From assembly GCA_033762115.1 (NCBI GenBank), contig JANRLX010000058.1, positions 1 through 61,700 on the forward strand: DNA of 61,700 nucleotides, given 5' to 3'. How positions within the stretch are numbered: position 1 is the first letter of the stretch; the number at the start of each line of letters is the position of its first letter. Source of the stretch: Verrucomicrobiota bacterium (GTDB lineage Bacteria; Verrucomicrobiota; Verrucomicrobiia; Limisphaerales; SXQI01). The position numbers were made by a program, and so were the translations under genes. The notes beneath the pieces are model-generated. The model saw only the letters and a program-made list of their open reading frames with translations, was not told the DNA's origin and did not search any database. Positions 57,329 through 61,700 of the stretch are shown piece by piece.

Positions 57329-58191
57329 TTTTTAAGGAAACGGGCCAGTTCCAGTACCCTGTCTGTATTGATTAAATCAGCGCCAGCTGCTTTTAATTCT
57401 TTCCAACATTCCGGCACATCAGGCGATCCCCAGAATCGGATCATTTGTCGGTTCTGATGCGCTTTTTGGACCAGTTGACGCAATCGTTTCTTTTCATGTT
57501 CCGGCATTGCTCCTTCACCGTTCCATTTAAAACAGCTGCCCCAGGATTGGCTGATTAATGGATAGAGGATGGCAGAACTTCCTTCTTCAAGATTCGATAA
57601 TCTCCCGTCCAGCGCTGCCAAACGATTTCGTTGCCGCTCCATTTTATTGATGGCGCGATTTCCTGAAATCAAGACAGTGACATGGTTGGTCAAGACCTTT
57701 TCTCCAGCAAACTTCGTCAAGATTGATTCATAAGGTTTGAGGGTTTCTTCAATTTGCCGGTAGCTGCTGAGCGCCTCCGATTTAACATCAATCAATAAAA
57801 TCAGTGAATTGCCATTAAATTTCCTGGTTGAAAAATATTGTTTGAGAGGCTCCAGATAAAGAGTGGTTAATTCCTTTCGCTCACAAAGTTCAATGGCATC
57901 GTGGGCCACCAGCAATTTGTCTTTGCGCAGAAAAACGTCAGCTTCGATGCTTTTGAAATCATTGGTCAAGGCGGTCCAGAGTGGAATTTCCTGCCGATAA
58001 TCGTTGTGGGAATGGCCTGCTGGTTCACCGAAAGAAGTGGAAAGAGCAAGGAAGTTCATTAGAAGCAGGGCACTGTATTTCCACAGCGTTCTCGTTTTGC
58101 CCTGTGGAGTGCCTGAGAGCATGCGGTTATACCGGAAATGGGGCTGTTCCTTTCCGGGCGCAAATGGCAGGGACGTCAGGAAGGATTTCAT
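57325..58191 (-). CDS. PI-PLC/glycerophosphodiester phosphodiesterase family protein
   Basis: HSHNDY, SIEADV, LLVAHD, LLIDVK, ISGNR, IRFW, INTD; true start may be 58122 or later; ATGA overlap with GH13. Confidence 0.8.
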   Translation of the reverse strand: MKSFLTSLPFAPGKEQPHFRYNRMLSGTPQGKTRTLWKYSALLLMNFLALSTSFGEPAGHSHNDYRQEIPLWTALTNDFKSIEADVFLRKDKLLVAHDAIELCERKELTTLYLEPLKQYFSTRKFNGNSLILLIDVKSEALSSYRQIEETLKPYESILTKFAGEKVLTNHVTVLISGNRAINKMERQRNRLAALDGRLSNLEEGSSAILYPLISQSWGSCFKWNGEGAMPEHEKKRLRQLVQKAHQNRQMIRFWGSPDVPECWKELKAAGADLINTDRVLELARFLKK

Positions 58192-58251
58192 GTGCCAAGC
58201 TTACTTGAACAAGGGGTAAAAATGCCAGCAGGTTTCACTCACTTTGAGAGA

Positions 58252-58267
58252 TGGCAGAGCTCCTGCT
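58252..58267 (+). promoter_or_regulatory. candidate sigma54 (-24/-12) promoter upstream of TPR-pilT
   Basis: TGGCAGAGCTCCTGCT: GG 58253-54 and GC 58265-66 with exact 10-nt spacing. Confidence 0.5.
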
Positions 58268-58316
58268 ATTAATCATTTCATTACCCGGTCAATTTTTGTA
58301 GAAGTGAGTTCAATCA

Positions 58317-59084
58317 ATGAGCCGTTTCCGCAATCTGGAATTTGAAGGACCCGAGAAACGCCCTGAACAATCCACCCAGGCAGGGCTGAAAGATGCGGGA
58401 TTTTATTATGAGGAGGCCCTTCGGCAATTCGAAGCCGGACGATTTGAAAGTGCCCTGCGAAATTACGCAAAAGTCCTGGAACACAACTCACGTCATTCAG
58501 CGGCCTGGCTGGGGCAGGTGCAATCATTGATTGAGCTTGGAGAATCAAAGGAAGCTCGGTTATGGGCGGACAAAGCCCTCGAGGTATTTCCTCGCGACCC
58601 CGATTTGCTCGCTTCAAAAGCGGTGGCCCTTGCCCGGAGTGGTGATTACCAGGGAGCGATTTCCTACTCAGATGCTTCCATGGAAGTGAAGGGAAACACG
58701 CCGTTTGTGTGGCTTTCACGCGGCGACGTGCTTTTATCGCGGGACGAAAAAAAGGCGGAGTATTGTTTTGATAAAGGGTTGGCAGGGCAAAATTGGTTTC
58801 AGCATTGGATGGCAGCTCGAACCCACCTTTTTTATCGCCAGTTTGCCCGTGCGTTGAAGTATGCCCAGCAAGCTCTCTCTATGGATGGCAGTCGAGCCGT
58901 TGTTTGGCTGGATCTGGCAAGAGCCCAGGGAGGGTTGGGATTAATCAGCCAGGCCACGCAATCGCTTGAGCAGGCCCGTCAACTTGATCCAGAATCAGCG
59001 CTTCCCGATCGCCTGCTTGCTGAACTGCCGGGACAGGGATTGATCCTCCGGTTGCTTGATCGTGCCAGACAATTCTTTAAATGA
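58317..59084 (+). CDS. tetratricopeptide repeat protein
   Basis: Repeated A-W-G / A-Y-KAL-P TPR units. Confidence 0.85.
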   Translation: MSRFRNLEFEGPEKRPEQSTQAGLKDAGFYYEEALRQFEAGRFESALRNYAKVLEHNSRHSAAWLGQVQSLIELGESKEARLWADKALEVFPRDPDLLASKAVALARSGDYQGAISYSDASMEVKGNTPFVWLSRGDVLLSRDEKKAEYCFDKGLAGQNWFQHWMAARTHLFYRQFARALKYAQQALSMDGSRAVVWLDLARAQGGLGLISQATQSLEQARQLDPESALPDRLLAELPGQGLILRLLDRARQFFK

Positions 59085-60145
59085 GCACATCCCATTTTGA
59101 TTCACTTGTGGAGCAAGCATCGGACTGCCGTGCCTCGGACCTTCACCTTGTGGCTGGTGTGCCCCCGGCATTAAGAGTCAATGGTGACATTATTTTTGTC
59201 GATGAGGATGCCATTTCCTCTGACGAACTCCGCGGGATTGCCTTTAGTTTACTGTCCGAAGAGCAACGCCAGCAGTTTGAAAAAGATTGGGAACTTTGTG
59301 TTTCGATGCCTCACGCCGCTAGTGGCAGAATGCGGGTGACCTTTTATCGAAGGAATGGGCAACCGGAACTGAGCATCCGATTCTGTGGTGAGCGCATTCC
59401 CACCCGGGAAGAGCTTGGGCTTCCACCAAAACTTGACGAACTTGCCCGCCGGCCCAACGGCCTCCTCCTGATCACGGGGCCCACAGGGGCGGGAAAAACC
59501 ACGACGCTCAATTACCTGATCGACCTGATCAATAGTGAACGACGCTGTAAAATCGTGACAGTGGAGGACCCCATTGAGTACGTGCATTGCAACAAGCGAG
59601 GGATTGTCGTTCAACAAGAGGTGCTCACGGACACCAAAAGTTTTAATCGCGCATTGATTCATATGCTGCGACAGGACCCTGACGTGATTGTTGTCGGCGA
59701 GATGCGGGACCATGAAGCGATTTCCGCTGCGTTGACTGCCGCTGAAACAGGTCACCTGGTACTTGGCACATTGCATTCACCGAATGTTGCCCATGCATTC
59801 GAACGGATCACCGGTGTATTTGAAGGGGCTGCCCAAAAACAAATCATCATGCAATTGGCCAACTCTCTTCAGGGAATCATCGCCCAGGATTTATTGCCTT
59901 CGGTGGATCGCTCCAGTCGCGTACTCGCTTATGAACTGCTGGTTGCCAACGGAGCAGTCAGAAATTTGATCCGGGAGAATAACAAACACATGCTGGAAAC
60001 CGCTATTCAAACCGGTGGCAAGGATGGCATGGTCCTGATGGACACATCCATTCACGATCTTTATTGCAAAGCAGCGATCAGTTATGACACCGCGTGCAGC
60101 AGGGCGAAAAATCCGGACCGCCTTTTGAAGAAAAATGGGAGCTGA
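59081..60145 (+). CDS. pilT: PilT/PilU family type IV pilus ATPase
   Basis: ASDLHL, GPTGAGKT, TVEDPIEY, RQDPDVIVVGEMRD, TGHLVLGTLH, AVRNLIRE. Confidence 0.85.
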   Translation: MSTSHFDSLVEQASDCRASDLHLVAGVPPALRVNGDIIFVDEDAISSDELRGIAFSLLSEEQRQQFEKDWELCVSMPHAASGRMRVTFYRRNGQPELSIRFCGERIPTREELGLPPKLDELARRPNGLLLITGPTGAGKTTTLNYLIDLINSERRCKIVTVEDPIEYVHCNKRGIVVQQEVLTDTKSFNRALIHMLRQDPDVIVVGEMRDHEAISAALTAAETGHLVLGTLHSPNVAHAFERITGVFEGAAQKQIIMQLANSLQGIIAQDLLPSVDRSSRVLAYELLVANGAVRNLIRENNKHMLETAIQTGGKDGMVLMDTSIHDLYCKAAISYDTACSRAKNPDRLLKKNGS

Positions 60146-60163
60146 ACCCATGAGTCCGTACAT

Positions 60164-60195
60164 AAAAAACCGGAGACTTGTGGGGTGCTCCGGTT
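60164..60195 (-). terminator. intrinsic terminator between convergent pilT and leuB
   Basis: AACCGGAG(60168-75)...CTCCGGTT(60188-95) with A-tract on the left. Confidence 0.6.
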
Positions 60196-60209
60196 GTGTG
60201 TGAAAGTTC

Positions 60210-61268
60210 TTAGAGGTTTGCTGCCACCAGATCGCCCACCTGTGAGGTGCTGAAACCCATCTTTCCGGCTGCCAAAGTTTTGATTTTTTCCCGTGTCACT
60301 TTGATCACAGCGGTTTCAATCGCTTTGGCCGCTTCGCTTTCACCAAGGAAATCGAGCATCATCTGGCCTGCACAAACAGCCGCCAAAGGATTGATCACAC
60401 CTTGACCAGTATATTTCGGGGCGCTGCCGCCAATCGGCTCGAACATGCTCGCACCGTTAGGGTTAATATTGCCGCCTGCGGCGATTCCCATCCCGCCCTG
60501 GACCATGGCACCAAGGTCAGTGATGATGTCGCCAAACATATTGTCCGTAACGATCACATCAAACCATTCGGGATTTTTGACAAACCACATCGTTGTTGCA
60601 TCGACGTGAGCGTAATCGCGTTGAATATCAGCAAAATCCTTCTGTCCAATTTCATGGAATGCGCGTTCCCACAAGTCCCATGCAAAGGTCAGCACGTTGG
60701 TTTTTCCGCAAAGTGTCAGCTTGTTGTTCTTTTTCCGTTTTCGGGTGTATTCAAATGCAAAACGGAGGCAGCGTTCCACCCCGCGGCGGCTGTTGATACT
60801 TTCCTGCACAGCGATTTCATGGGGTGTTCCCTTGAAGACAAATCCACCTGCACCGGTATATAAGCCTTCGTTATTTTCACGGACCACGACGAAATCGATG
60901 TCTTCCGGCTTTTTATCTTTTAATGGGCAAAAGCGCTCATCGTAAAGTTTCACGGGACGCAGATTGATATATTGCTCCAGTTCAAACCGAAGTCGAAGCA
61001 GGATTCCTTTTTCCAGGATTCCGGGCTTTACATCCGGATGACCAATTGCCCCGAGCAAAATTGCGGGAAATTTCCGGAGTTCCTCCACCACACTGTCAGG
61101 CAATGCCTCTTTTGTTCGGAGATAACGTTCTCCCCCGAGGTCATAATTCGTGTAGTTGAGTTTAAGATTGAATTTTGCGGCTGTGGCATCGAGCACTTTG
61201 ATCGCTTCCCGCACCACTTCAGGACCCGTTCCATCACCGCCAAGGACTGCAATATTGTAGCTTTTCAT
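60210..61268 (-). CDS. leuB: 3-isopropylmalate dehydrogenase
   Basis: [55 protein letters not shown]. Confidence 0.88.
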   Translation of the reverse strand: MKSYNIAVLGGDGTGPEVVREAIKVLDATAAKFNLKLNYTNYDLGGERYLRTKEALPDSVVEELRKFPAILLGAIGHPDVKPGILEKGILLRLRFELEQYINLRPVKLYDERFCPLKDKKPEDIDFVVVRENNEGLYTGAGGFVFKGTPHEIAVQESINSRRGVERCLRFAFEYTRKRKKNNKLTLCGKTNVLTFAWDLWERAFHEIGQKDFADIQRDYAHVDATTMWFVKNPEWFDVIVTDNMFGDIITDLGAMVQGGMGIAAGGNINPNGASMFEPIGGSAPKYTGQGVINPLAAVCAGQMMLDFLGESEAAKAIETAVIKVTREKIKTLAAGKMGFSTSQVGDLVAANL

Positions 61269-61482
61269 TTCCGTTTCAGAACAAGAGCCCCGAATGCTAA
61301 CTATTCCCCAATTCCTTTCAAGGAGCTTTATGAGATCGTCTGGGAAGATCTGGGTGCGCATCATGGCCCCCTTCGAAAGAAATCTTGAGAGAGGGCAGGC
61401 AGAATTTTCCGTCCGTACTTTTCGTCAACTTTTTTGCTTGAGGCGTGCTCAAGAGGGGACATTCTTGGCAAAAGAAGGGCGA

Positions 61483-61700
61483 ATGATGACAGTAGATCTG
61501 ATAATTCCTATTCTGAATGAGGAAGAGCAACTATGGAACACTGTCTCCGTCCTCCATCGCACGAGGGAGCAGTGGCCCTTCACAACCGTCATAAAAATTG
61601 TCGATAATGGCTCGACTGACGGGTCGGCGAAGATCGGGAGCAGACTGTCCCAGACCATTCCCGGAGTGGACTTTACATCTATTAAAGACAAAGGAAGGGG
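61483..61700 (+). CDS. glycosyltransferase family 2 (polyprenol-phosphate glycosyltransferase-like), 3'-truncated
   Basis: Own translation MMTVDLIIPILNEE...IVDNGSTDG...KGRG; runs off window end (not in ORF track). Confidence 0.8.
   Translation, partial: MMTVDLIIPILNEEEQLWNTVSVLHRTREQWPFTTVIKIVDNGSTDGSAKIGSRLSQTIPGVDFTSIKDKGR

Overview
A 61.7 kb gene-dense bacterial chromosome segment. It is most likely from a member of Verrucomicrobiota (Pedosphaera/Limisphaera-like), inferred from DUF1592, DUF6797, DUF1080 and DUF5069 proteins and a PVC-type C-terminal tail; this was not confirmed by search. Housekeeping genes (gatB, mpl, dusB, fabD, leuB, tRNA-Lys) are mixed with accessory modules. (1) A cheW-MCP-PAS pseudokinase-hybrid kinase operon behind a sigma28-type promoter and a highly structured leader. 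(2) An Rrf2 (YwnA/HypR/SifR-like) repressor with two TGTAA-N9-TTACA operators, upstream of DUF5069 and a KamA-family aminomutase. (3) PVC-type heme/carbohydrate proteins, an orphan HydE/PylB/BioB-like radical SAM enzyme, a short-clade chlorite dismutase and a 1.36 kaa dehydrogenase-cytochrome-lectin fusion. (4) The most unusual part, an ~18 kb co-oriented cluster (35653-53622). It combines glycan machinery (priming transferase, flippase, 4 GTs) with a STAS plus kinase-GAF-phosphatase partner switch, nucleotide-handling enzymes, an FkbM methyltransferase and a single-module GNAT-C*-A-PCP-TE NRPS with an Arg/Lys-like code and a cysteine thioesterase. It may be an NRPS-based glycan decoration system. 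(5) A PLC/GH13/sigma54-activator operon, divergent from a TPR-pilT pair with a candidate sigma54 promoter. A strand G/C skew flips near 4-5 kb, peaks at ~10-24 kb regardless of gene direction, and decays by ~55 kb. No CRISPR array, rRNA, integrase or transposase was seen. Family calls come from motif recognition, not database searches.
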